The notes below the pieces were generated by a model that was not told the origin of the DNA, did not search any database, and saw only the letters and a list, made by a program, of their open reading frames with translations. The position numbers and the translations under genes were made by a program. 64,000 nucleotides of DNA, taken from positions 768,001 to 832,000 of the forward strand of contig CH464491.1 in the NCBI GenBank assembly GCA_000002445.1, given 5' to 3'. Shown here piece after piece: positions 35,614-45,783 of the stretch (positions within the stretch are counted from its first letter, which is position 1; each line of letters begins with the position of its first letter). The DNA is from Trypanosoma brucei. Taxonomy: Eukaryota.

Positions 35614-38277
35614 TCAGCGAAACTGGCACGGGTCCACATGAGACGGCGCTTTGGTTTGAAAGGCACGCCACATTCGTATCATTGATTCAGGTCCTGCCGT
35701 TGCCAACTGGGTGTTATCGGGGGAAAGCGCCAAATAAATAGGACCATCTCGCAGGCCACCATAACCACTCAGCCGTTCCAGCACTTCACCGTCTTCTTTT
35801 AATTGATACATTTGGAGCAATTCCGCGACCTTCACGGGGGCACGGGATTGCCCGACAGTTGGAAGAGGTGGGAAACCATCAACTCGACTGGTAACGGTAT
35901 TGGGAGTGACACTAGCAGTGGTGTTGCTTGCGCTGTAGTTGCTTCCACTAGTGGCAGTGGTATTATTGGTTGTACCGCCGTTAGCACCAACGCCACCAAA
36001 CGGGTGATGACGATCAACATATGTCACATACCGCGTATCTTCCTCATCACTGGAGTTGTCAGGCGTATCCCACACACCACTAGCAACAAAACCTGAGCCA
36101 TCACCATCATTCTCTGCCGTGCCAAGATGCCCACCATTCGCTGGTGATTGTCGTAGAGCCACGACTGTGTTTTGACCGGAACCTGCAGGGGCAAGAGATA
36201 TTAATATCTCATCGGACGTTTCACTGCTGACAATGCCAAGGATTGGAGCGGCGAGGGGGTGCGCTGCCTTCTCCGATCGGCTGCCCACCGAATAAACAGA
36301 CAGAACAGATCCGTCTGCGCCACCGCCGTAGAGAAGGACAGATTGAAAAAAACTTCCGTGCTTGCCGCGATGCCCATCTGATGCCACGCTGCTGAAATCG
36401 CTGAATGGAAAACCCCACCAGCAGAATGCTCGCACTGGATGAGGGGCGTTCGCCCAAATCGTTCGTCGCTTTGAGCGGTCATCAGGCCCCATACGGCTCG
36501 TTTGGTACAGAAGAAGACTGTTATTTGTCCCAACAGCAATGTGCTCTTCATCTGGAGTAACTTCTAACCTGTAAATTGGCGCTCCTACATTCACAACACA
36601 CTGAGGTTTCCACGAACCACTCCCAGGGGGAAGATGCAGGGCAGTGTACCACTCCACCGACCAATCGCAAAGGTTATGAAGGGTTAGCGTGCCGGCCATG
36701 GACCCCGCGTACAGTGTATGCCCAACAACTTGCAACGTGCTCACGTGATTTGTGTGATCCCTGATAACTACTTGCACTGCCCGAGCAAACATTACATCCC
36801 CTCGCCTGCCCGGTCCCTCCCCACTTCCACAACGCGGAAGTGGCGCGACATCCCCCCAAACAGGGCAGCGGCTCACCACTATCCAACCATTTTCCATTCC
36901 GTATGCTATGTACACGTCCCCACTGTCGGTCGCCTGTCGTGACGAGGCAACCGCACTCACCACACCGCACGTCTGTGGAGCCTCAAAAATTAGTTGTGTC
37001 CTATCAGGTCCATGCCAGACGTAAACCCTGTTCTGCAGCGCAATTACGGCGCCCGCATATCCCCAACACAGTGGACTAAAGTTGGAATGTCCTTGCGAAT
37101 CACACGACGGAAGGCCATGAGCATCAAGGACTTTCTCATATGTTTCCACCTGCCGCCGTGGGGTCGGATGCTGCGAGTACAATGCGCCTCGTCGGAGTAG
37201 CGGACTGCCTTTCACCGACGCCCCGAAACCACTCATCTGCGCACTGAAGGCGGGTGTGCAGGCGAGGTCACTTTCATGTACAACGGGCGTACGGAGTACC
37301 GGCGGATCCGCGACTGACTGCCGGGGACCGAGAACAGGAGTGCGCAGAGTCGTGACGGGAGTCATCCGATGCGCATCACCGCACAATGAGGAAGCTCGTG
37401 GGGTGGCGCTCCGGCTCTCGCGGTGCACAATAGGAGAATGAGGTCCCTCCATGGGTGGCACCGAGATTGTACTTCCAACAGAAAACGTAGAACAATGGGT
37501 TGTTGAATGCAAATAACCCATCCCGCGTACGGGAACAGTTGCAGGTGTCACAGCGCTTTCCCGCGGAGGGCGAACAGGTGTATGACATCCTTCTCGGTGA
37601 TCAGCGGGCAACACACCCATCAGCGGGGCCGGTGCAAATCCCGCATTGGAACTCATCACTCCACCCAACCTCCTCGTTGGAGTGCTGGAAGGTGAACCCA
37701 TCAACGACGAGTGGCGGGTGAGAGACATTCTTGAGGTTTCCGACCGTTGACGCATACCCTCTGAATCCACGAAACATCGTTCACGCTCCTGCAAAATGGG
37801 AGGATGCCTTCCTCGACTTGGCGGTGACGATGGTGCCGAAATTAGCGCAGACGTCAGAGAAAACGGCTGTGACGATAGGGTAAGAGTTGAGTCTACAATA
37901 CCATGCGCTGGGGAAAAAGAACCATCGGGATCACCTTCACGAGAACGCGTTAACCGAAAGTAGTCCCCACCGTGAGAAAGCATGTGGCCAGTCCCCGTTA
38001 GCCCCATACAGGATTCCAGCGTCCGCCGATAGCGCGCCTCCGTAAGATCTTTGGAATTGTGCTGCAGCACGGCGAGCGGATCACGCAGGAATTCCTTGTA
38101 GTCGGCTACGCCAATAAACCGATCCTCTGCTGTCCGTGGGCTCACATCAGTGGACGACCCAACGGTGCATCCCTCTGTGGTGAAGGAACAGGGTGACGGA
38201 GCCGGTTGACTGCCGTGTCCGTGACGTGGCTGCCACATTTCGCCGCAAAGCGTCGGGTACCAGCGGAAAACAAACAA
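35614..38277 (-). CDS. WD40-repeat protein, large, with S/T/P-rich N-terminal region
   Basis: 887-aa ORF. WD-like units include 'VGHTLYAGSMAGTLTLHNLCDWS', 'LATAGPESMIRMWRA' and 'IAYGMENGWIVVSRCPVWGD'. The N-terminal third is low-complexity S/T/N-rich. Confidence 0.55.
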   Translation of the reverse strand: MFVFRWYPTLCGEMWQPRHGHGSQPAPSPCSFTTEGCTVGSSTDVSPRTAEDRFIGVADYKEFLRDPLAVLQHNSKDLTEARYRRTLESCMGLTGTGHMLSHGGDYFRLTRSREGDPDGSFSPAHGIVDSTLTLSSQPFSLTSALISAPSSPPSRGRHPPILQERERCFVDSEGMRQRSETSRMSLTRHSSLMGSPSSTPTRRLGGVMSSNAGFAPAPLMGVLPADHREGCHTPVRPPRESAVTPATVPVRGMGYLHSTTHCSTFSVGSTISVPPMEGPHSPIVHRESRSATPRASSLCGDAHRMTPVTTLRTPVLGPRQSVADPPVLRTPVVHESDLACTPAFSAQMSGFGASVKGSPLLRRGALYSQHPTPRRQVETYEKVLDAHGLPSCDSQGHSNFSPLCWGYAGAVIALQNRVYVWHGPDRTQLIFEAPQTCGVVSAVASSRQATDSGDVYIAYGMENGWIVVSRCPVWGDVAPLPRCGSGEGPGRRGDVMFARAVQVVIRDHTNHVSTLQVVGHTLYAGSMAGTLTLHNLCDWSVEWYTALHLPPGSGSWKPQCVVNVGAPIYRLEVTPDEEHIAVGTNNSLLLYQTSRMGPDDRSKRRTIWANAPHPVRAFCWWGFPFSDFSSVASDGHRGKHGSFFQSVLLYGGGADGSVLSVYSVGSRSEKAAHPLAAPILGIVSSETSDEILISLAPAGSGQNTVVALRQSPANGGHLGTAENDGDGSGFVASGVWDTPDNSSDEEDTRYVTYVDRHHPFGGVGANGGTTNNTTATSGSNYSASNTTASVTPNTVTSRVDGFPPLPTVGQSRAPVKVAELLQMYQLKEDGEVLERLSGYGGLRDGPIYLALSPDNTQLATAGPESMIRMWRAFQTKAPSHVDPCQFR

Positions 38278-39798
38278 ACAAACAAAGGGCGCTTAGTCAA
38301 GACTTTCGCGATAATAACGAGCGAAGTTACAGTATCGCCCCTCCCCTCAGCAATGCGCGTACACGCACAAAAAAGCAACTTGTGCGCTGTTTTGCTGATT
38401 TTGCCGCAGATACACCCTTTAATAATGGAAAAAAGACGAATGTTTCGCTTTATGGGTAAACAAGCACCACCAAAAATCAACGGGGGCACAAACAAACCCA
38501 ACCACCCCGTCGATTTCGAAAAAGTAAAAAAAAAAACGAAAACTCAACAAAAAAAAATATTCTTTCGATTGAAGGCTGAAAAGCCCCTGGTTTCCTTCCC
38601 TCCTGAAATTCAAATTTTTATCTCCCTCAAAATCAACGAGAGGAAAACGAACCGGCAGATAGTTGAAGAAGGGAAGTGAATATATGGGGAAGTGTATTCA
38701 AATATCTTATCCACCTTCCTTACCCTTACCCCCCTTTTTTTTCCACCGGCAGCTAACAAACAACAAAATCTGTGTAATGTGGCTGATGACACGCCCCTCT
38801 GGGTAGATTATCGTTGCTGTTGCTTTTGCCTTGATAAAGGTGAAGCGATGGAAGCAAAAAAAAAAAAACTGTATGAAATATATGTTCAAACTGTTATATG
38901 TTGAACTTACTCTATGGCAATGGTCCCTATGGTGGTCCGGAAGGGAGGAAGAGAGACAGAGAAATGACTTTCACTCGTATCCTCTACCGCTACGAATGTC
39001 GCAACCGAATTTAGTCACTGAAATGTACCAAATGCTATGCGTTTAAATAAATAAATATATATATATATATCCTTATATGACCTTAGCAGAAGAACGACGA
39101 GGATTGGCACAAGTGCTTTCCCTCTTTCCTCACCTTCCCCTTTTGTAACCACTATTAAATATTCCCTTTTATTAAAATATTTGTATCTTTTTTCCTCCTA
39201 CTGTGTTTCCTTCCCTTTCGGGTTTGCTCTCAAGTAAGTGCAGTCCTTTTTTTTTCTTTTTGCTTTTGGAAACAGGTGTATTTCTGTTGTTGTGGCTGTT
39301 GTTGACACAATAAGATAAAATATAAAATAATCTCGTTTTTCCCCCTTTAACCCAAAGAGAAGTCTCACGCTATACAGCAACAACACAAAAAAACGGTGAG
39401 AAAGTATACACAGAGTTGTCTTCCAATACAAAAAGAAAAAAGAAAAATGAAAACCGAAGGAGGGAAAAGAAACCACCTTTCAGTTGGGTTTCGTCGTGTT
39501 GAAATGTTGAGGTTGAGATAAAGGAGGGGGGAAAGAAAGAGAAAGAAGAGAAGAAATGGATTTAAATAAGAAAGCTGCAGATCGTATTAAAACAGGAAAG
39601 CATCGAGTAGCAGAGTTTCTGACATTGACATAATAAAGAAGGGTAATGCTTTACTTATGACAACAGTAACAGCAGTAGTACAAGCAAAACTCGCAACAAC
39701 AACAACAACAATCAAAAAATTAAATAGGCATGTTAAGGGCAGCACAGCAAAACGCACGCGCGCCCAAAAGCCGGAGTATCTGTTTATTCACTGCAATA

Positions 39799-40116
39799 TC
39801 ATTCATCTACCAATTCTGTAAAGAAACCGGGACGCCATTCGCCTTTTTGTGAAGGTGGAAGAGCGAAGAGGGGACTCGTCACAGGCAACACAATAAGCGC
39901 CACAACATACCAAAGCAACACCACAAGTCCACCCACGACAGACAGTCGCAGCGAAGTGTTGGTGTACCAACGTATTGCCGCGCTGTGCTGGGCGTGGTGG
40001 CGAAAGAAAAGCCACGTCGTGAACCACAACAATGGCAACCCCGCAAAACCACTGTAGAAATATATTCTACAGAGGCGCTCCGCTCGAGGAATATTCAACG
40101 GTCCAGTCGTAAGCAT
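39799..40116 (-). CDS. PEN2: gamma-secretase subunit PEN-2 (presenilin enhancer 2) homologue
   Basis: The 105-aa ORF 'MLTTGPLNIPRAERLCRIYFYSGFAGLPLLWFTTWLFFRHH...' aligns with human PEN-2 '[41 protein letters not shown]...'. It has the same length class, two hydrophobic segments and the conserved C-R-x-Y(Y/F)xxGF(A)xLP(L/F)LW core. Confidence 0.65.
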   Translation of the reverse strand: MLTTGPLNIPRAERLCRIYFYSGFAGLPLLWFTTWLFFRHHAQHSAAIRWYTNTSLRLSVVGGLVVLLWYVVALIVLPVTSPLFALPPSQKGEWRPGFFTELVDE

Positions 40117-40522
40117 TTGTCCCCTTCGCTACCTCCTTCCGCGTGAAAAGGTTATAGTAAATGAACTCGCCGATACTAGAAATAGTCGTTCGACCGACTA
40201 ACAACTCCTTTTGATTTATTGAGCTTTTGGCCTTTATTTACCTTCAAACAACACTAGCAATAAGCAATTGCGCTCCTCCCCCGTTCCTTTTAATTGTGAT
40301 TGGGCAACACGCCTTCTCACCTATTTGAGAAAGAGCTGAATGAAAACAAAAAAAAAGAGCATTAGAATAATGGAGTGAGCGATCATGGTGCGAAGAGGGG
40401 TGTAAGTGAACAAATAACACGGGTCATAACAACGGTGCAGGCGGTTCTACAAGTCCTCAAACTGAAGTCGGCCACAAGAAACAGTGAACACTGAAAACGA
40501 ATGCACAAAGCAAGACAAAAAG

Positions 40523-40523
<1 letters not shown>

Positions 40524-40557
<34 letters not shown>
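40524..40557. repeat. (CA)17 microsatellite
   Basis: A perfect run 'cacaca...' lies in the ORF-free region between the 1036-aa gene and PEN-2. Confidence 0.95.
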
Positions 40558-40558
<1 letters not shown>

Positions 40559-41053
40559 GGAGCAAAATAAAGAAGGAAATAGCAGTTCAACCCACCGCAA
40601 CAACTACAACAAACATCTCTTTCCCCAACACATACATTTTTGGCTCACTTTGACCTAACGATACAAGAAAGGTCCCGCAGCAGTTACAGTCACCAAACCC
40701 GTACCGGGGTATGAAAGTACACATCTACTTTTTGTCGCAAAAAGAAAATAAATGTGGCGGTGAAATAAAGCTACATCTGCGGCAATTACAGCGTGGAGTA
40801 AATTGAAAAAACAAAAACGCCTCCCCACTATTGCACCAACAGGGGATCATATTTCACAAAAAGGTGATAGTAAAGGGAATTTGCGTCACCGTTGCACTAC
40901 CGTTGATGCTTAACCACCTGGACAAACACCCCAAGAATACCTATAACGTTGGTGCACCAACGGGTGAATAAAAAAAAAAAAATAGGAAAACAAAGAGGAA
41001 GACAAGAATCTATACATATGTTTTTTTTTTTACGCGCGCACCCCTCCGCCTCT

Positions 41054-41067
41054 CCCCCCCCCCCCCC
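41054..41067 (-). repeat. homopolymer C14 on + strand (G14 on the mRNA-sense strand), 5 nt downstream of the stop codon of the 1036-aa gene
   Basis: 'tctcccccccccccccact' sits directly 3' of the TGA at 41072-41074 (minus strand). Similar C-runs occur at 13336-13349 (C14) and 54833-54844 (C12). Confidence 0.9.
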
Positions 41068-41071
41068 ACTG

Positions 41072-44000
41072 TCATTTACCTGAAGAAACTTCTGACTGAG
41101 TGAGGCATGGAAGACGGTACCTCAAGAAGTTTTCAGAAGGAATCTTTGCAGAGCATTGTGTAATAGAGCTCCCGGAGGTTTTAGCGTGCCCCTTTAACTT
41201 CGACGACAAATCCCGCACACGCGCACAGCGTTCCTCACCTGAAATTACAGATAATATTCGTGATTTCGGTTTAAGCATTTTCTCATCATCAAATATGCCT
41301 CTACGCTCGTGCTTTAAGGTAAGTGACTCCACAGCAAACAGCTCCTTTGTTTCCGCGGTAGGTTGATGTACTTCGGGATAAAATAGTCGAGCTTTTGGTG
41401 GCGAATTGATGCCGGTCTTTGGGAGGAGATCACGTTCCGGTGGTGGTCGAAATTTCATATTCCTCACTTTTATGTCTTGCACGACTCGCGGCGGGTGCAC
41501 CTCTTGCGTTATCGACTCCTCCTCAACCAACTCATTACCACTTCGGTTAGGGTGGTGTACAAGTGGAAGTGGCCTGTACGCTTCTGCTGGTGGTTGGTAC
41601 AGTTGTGGTATTGTAAGAGTTGAGTAATGAACACTTTTCTTACTCTCAGGGGTTGGTACACGGGTACACGTGTAAGGAACTTGAGTATTCTCCAAATCCC
41701 AACAAACGTTACGGGGTTCATCGGTGCCAACAAGTGGTCGACCAAGCTGCACACTGCGTGTGTAGTCCACCACAGAACCAGTGAAAAGGAACCGGGGACG
41801 CAGGGGTCGACGGCTGTTTCCATTAAATGTGGTGTAATCACTGCCTGTCAGCAGCGGCTGAGCAATTGGTATAACTTCTTCATTGAATACAATGTAACCC
41901 GTGCAGTTGTTCATGAGTGAATCATACACAGACCGCGCATGCTGTGCACTCACCGGCACTTGGACAAACACCAATTCCTGACCATCGCCGCCAATACAAC
42001 CAGCGGGGTTCACCAAGTATGGTGAAAAGAGAAGGTCCTTCTTGAAGTAGGCCATTTCACCATCCGATTCATCGTTGGTTACGCCAATAAGAGCCAAGAT
42101 CTTATTTATAGTACTTGTTGTACTTCTCACTTCGTCTTCGCGGTACCGTGCCTCGTCGAGTATATCCTGAAGCGCGTCTACCTCCCCGCCCTCGCGGCTG
42201 CAAGACGAAAGCCGTTTCATGCAATTCGAGAGGCGGGCCCGTAGTGCCACACGCCGCAGTCTTCGCTGCACTAACAACTTCAACAATTCCTCTCGCGTCA
42301 GAGATGCTAAGAACTCGTCTTCTTCGTCAGCCGACGGTGAAGCGCCTAATTCACTATCATACTGTTTGGTACCATTCATGTAGCCGACTCCTTCCTCACC
42401 CCCTTCACCAAAACATAAACCTCGCATACCTCGACGGCCAACACCCTGACCCAAGTACATTTTTCCACCTTTGAAAAGCCGCTTTACCGCACTGTACGAT
42501 GCAGCTTGCAACCTAGCAAAAGCATCCTTCGCCCCCAACACTACTTCGTTTTTCGCCCAGTAGTTGAACTCGCGTCGCCGCCCTGAGCGGCTGTTGACAC
42601 TAAATACATCCACTTTGTCGTCTGAAACTACACCACCGCCTTCCGCAGCGGTGGATGGATCCCCTTTATCGGAATCAATAAAATAGCTAGCAACCACGCG
42701 GCGACTACGTGGGTCCATCACATGTCCCTTTTCTCCATGCTTGCCTTTGAGATGCTTGACCGGGTCCTCCATAAAGTCAGTGATGAGTCGAACCTCAGCC
42801 GCATAAGTTTCTAGGAACCCGAGAAGGCTATTCACACGCCCCTGGATAATTTCAAATGCCTTCCGTAGGGCGTTCATATCGTCGTTGTATTGGCAACGCA
42901 GCATCTGTACACTGTGTCGAAGCTCGTCCAAACGCTCCCTCAGAAGCACCTGTGCATGACTCACTATGGTGGGGATCTGAGCCGTTATGACTGATGCACT
43001 GCATTGATCTAGCATAGACAACAATCCAGTGCGGCAACCGTCTCCCTTGTCAAGTATTCCTCCTAAAGCTCGACGAGCCAAAAATTCAGCTAGCGCTTTT
43101 CTTGCTGCCTCATCTGATAAACCAGGAGAGCTGATAGTGTCCGCTAGTTTCTTCCCCTCATCGCCAAGCAATCCCTCCATCGTCAGGGCTCGTACATACT
43201 GCTCGTAATCAAATATTGCATTAACTGGATCACCCCACACAGACTCTGCAGTTTGTGTGGCCACAGATACGGTACGGCGTGTCAACAGTTTTATCCCTTC
43301 CCTGTCGCCTCCGAAACGTGCACTTCGCGCCGAAAGTGAAACAGGGGTTGCTGGCGCTGTATCACCTGCCTTGCCTCCCGTTGATCTCCGGAACTGCGTG
43401 AAACGGGCTGAAACAACAGAAGCTCGCCGCTCTAAACCTTCACCATCCGCGTGCGAAGCCTCCTGCCGTGGACTGCTGCCACTCCAAATTGAACCAGGGC
43501 CCGGATGTGTATCCTCCATTCCCAGCGGCCCGGAAGTGCCACTTTCCTCACCCGAGAATGACGATGACCCTGATGGTAAAACTTCACCGCATTCCTCCAT
43601 TTTAGATTTGGAAGGGGCTTCAACGGTACGAACTACACCTGACACCGGCCGCGATGCACCACGCGCCGCCATGTTTAGCAACTCTGCCGGAACGCATTGA
43701 AGTGTGATCATCCGCCCCCAGCGTGTTCGTTGCATCACAGTCACGCAATCGTGCAACTGATGCCTCAGAATGAGCACTTCACGGAAGTAACTGTGCAGCA
43801 TTTCATCATGTACCGTGCGGAACCGTCCAAGCATCTCCTCCGCCTCGCTCCGTTCTTGTTCCCTGCGCTTGAGTTCAGCCTCTAATTCCTTTATACGTTC
43901 TTCTAATAAGACCCTTCGCCTCCCTTCTGTACTGAGTTCTACTAACGGAATGGCGCTGTTGATAACATTTTGCACTATCTCACGCACAAACACACCGCAA

Positions 44001-44182
44001 ATCTCTTCGGGGGCTTCGTCATACGCCGGTCGTTGTGTGTCGAGATGCTCCTGCACTTGATAAATGAGGGTGGCCAGTCGTCGCATAACATCTGCTCGTA
44101 CCTGTGGATGAACGTTGTGTATTGTTAGGATGTTATTCACATCGCGCACCTTACTCTGTACACAAAGGAGAATCTTTCCCAT
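41072..44182 (-). CDS. conserved hypothetical protein (1036 aa), with N-terminal coiled-coil segment
   Basis: Long uninterrupted minus-strand ORF of non-repetitive sequence. 'LLEERIKELEAELKRREQERSEAEEMLGRF' is a coiled-coil segment. I recognise no catalytic motif. Confidence 0.55.
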   Translation of the reverse strand: MGKILLCVQSKVRDVNNILTIHNVHPQVRADVMRRLATLIYQVQEHLDTQRPAYDEAPEEICGVFVREIVQNVINSAIPLVELSTEGRRRVLLEERIKELEAELKRREQERSEAEEMLGRFRTVHDEMLHSYFREVLILRHQLHDCVTVMQRTRWGRMITLQCVPAELLNMAARGASRPVSGVVRTVEAPSKSKMEECGEVLPSGSSSFSGEESGTSGPLGMEDTHPGPGSIWSGSSPRQEASHADGEGLERRASVVSARFTQFRRSTGGKAGDTAPATPVSLSARSARFGGDREGIKLLTRRTVSVATQTAESVWGDPVNAIFDYEQYVRALTMEGLLGDEGKKLADTISSPGLSDEAARKALAEFLARRALGGILDKGDGCRTGLLSMLDQCSASVITAQIPTIVSHAQVLLRERLDELRHSVQMLRCQYNDDMNALRKAFEIIQGRVNSLLGFLETYAAEVRLITDFMEDPVKHLKGKHGEKGHVMDPRSRRVVASYFIDSDKGDPSTAAEGGGVVSDDKVDVFSVNSRSGRRREFNYWAKNEVVLGAKDAFARLQAASYSAVKRLFKGGKMYLGQGVGRRGMRGLCFGEGGEEGVGYMNGTKQYDSELGASPSADEEDEFLASLTREELLKLLVQRRLRRVALRARLSNCMKRLSSCSREGGEVDALQDILDEARYREDEVRSTTSTINKILALIGVTNDESDGEMAYFKKDLLFSPYLVNPAGCIGGDGQELVFVQVPVSAQHARSVYDSLMNNCTGYIVFNEEVIPIAQPLLTGSDYTTFNGNSRRPLRPRFLFTGSVVDYTRSVQLGRPLVGTDEPRNVCWDLENTQVPYTCTRVPTPESKKSVHYSTLTIPQLYQPPAEAYRPLPLVHHPNRSGNELVEEESITQEVHPPRVVQDIKVRNMKFRPPPERDLLPKTGINSPPKARLFYPEVHQPTAETKELFAVESLTLKHERRGIFDDEKMLKPKSRILSVISGEERCARVRDLSSKLKGHAKTSGSSITQCSAKIPSENFLRYRLPCLTQSEVSSGK

Positions 44183-45198
44183 CTTTTCTGCTTATTCGCA
44201 CTTTGCCGTATTTCTCTCCTTATTTTCTTTTTTTTTCTTTTCTGATCTTTATCAACTAAAACCAACCACACCCACCCCTGACCCTTTTTTCAGTTGTGTT
44301 CGGTGCCGAATCTGACTCTCTTATTTAAGCTTATGTACAAATGAATGGTTGCTGAAGCAGGATTTCTCGACAATGATATGTACTATGAACTCCCAGGCCA
44401 AGTTGTAGGGTAAAGCGGACACAACACCGCACTACCCTTCTCTCAAACTTAACTACTTGGCAAACCACACTTCAAACACACACACTTACACTCAATGAAT
44501 CCAACGAAAATAAAAATATTAAAAAAAAAAAGAAACAGCATAGAAGAAATAAAATAAAAGGGATGGGATGGGATATGAATGGAAAAGAGGGAGTTCGCAA
44601 AACAGAAAAGTCCGAACAGACTTCTGGTTACTACATATGATTCTTCTTTTCTTCTTAGTCTGTTTTAACCGGATATCATGTATAAGACGCTACTCCTAGA
44701 GCACATGGATGCGATTCCTTATGCCCGTACGTGACAAAACCCACACACGCATTGTTTGGTAGAAATAACGTTACACACACACATACACACACACACACAC
44801 AATTTTTACCTCACCGATGCGAATCCCTCTTATTCACCGACGGTCTTAACCCATATGTGAATGCAAAAGTGAAAAAAAACAGAAAGAAAATTTTAACATT
44901 AAAAAAAAAAAGACAAACCGTATTGAAGGATCTGCTTCAGTCCTTTACCGACCCATATGATCGCAGGACAAAAAACCTTTAGGTGGTAACACCTGAAGAC
45001 AGGCCGCGCGAACACGAAAGAAATGGAGATTATATATATATATATATATGCATATATATATATATATATGCATATAATTTCGTGTATGCCTATGAGGAAA
45101 TGAGACGAAACAAGACGAAAGACACTACAAAACAGACATGTGAACATTTCCCCTGGGCTTCAAACCCTCTTCATCCGCACCTTGCAATTCAGTATACT

Positions 45199-45783
45199 TT
45201 ACAAAGCGCGTTTTTTTTCCTTATCTCTCCACTCTTTAAGCCCTCGCTCAAAGACTCCACCCACCATTCCATTCGGGCAGTAAATGCTCGTAACGCCGAT
45301 GCTCGAGACGTGACCGATGTTGTCCTGCTGATTATCAAAGAAAATAAAGTCAGAAAAATCACCCCTTACAGTCGGATCGTGCTCTTTCACTTTCTTAAGA
45401 ATAGTACGGTGCTGATTTTTCTTGTTTGCCTTATATATTTCCACTAAATCACCGAACAGAGAAAGCATTGGCACATCATTTCCTCTCTTGTCTCTGAACC
45501 GAAACAATTGCAGCAGTTCCATCGCCCATCGCGGCTCATCACAAGTAGAAGATATCGCCAAATGGGTGTTCCGCCATTCCTCAGTTGTGCTCAGCATTTG
45601 CAGCAACTCCCGCGTTTGACCAATAAGACGCACTTCCGTCCCTTTTTTATCAATAGCAATGCTTGAGTTATCTTTCGACAGCATAAAGGGAGCGCCACCA
45701 CCCCAAAGTTCATACATCTCAGGCCTCCACAATGTGCCATCAAGATCAAAAACAATAACACGAGGGGTTGGCTCAGTACTCAT
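45199..45783 (-). CDS. magnesium-dependent phosphatase-1 (MDP-1)-like HAD-superfamily phosphatase
   Basis: From the Met at 45783 the protein begins 'MSTEPTPRVIVFDLDGTLWRPEMYELWGG', the HAD motif I 'DxDGTLW' as seen in MDP-1. It is about 194 aa, the typical MDP-1 size. The upstream 48 codons of the maximal ORF are Y/I/N-rich junk and were excluded. Confidence 0.65.
   Translation of the reverse strand: MSTEPTPRVIVFDLDGTLWRPEMYELWGGGAPFMLSKDNSSIAIDKKGTEVRLIGQTRELLQMLSTTEEWRNTHLAISSTCDEPRWAMELLQLFRFRDKRGNDVPMLSLFGDLVEIYKANKKNQHRTILKKVKEHDPTVRGDFSDFIFFDNQQDNIGHVSSIGVTSIYCPNGMVGGVFERGLKEWRDKEKKRAL

Noticed and set aside
39803-40027. 74-aa ORF overlapping the PEN-2 ORF in another frame
   Set aside because: It overlaps a conserved ORF on the same strand and has no features. 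It is spurious.
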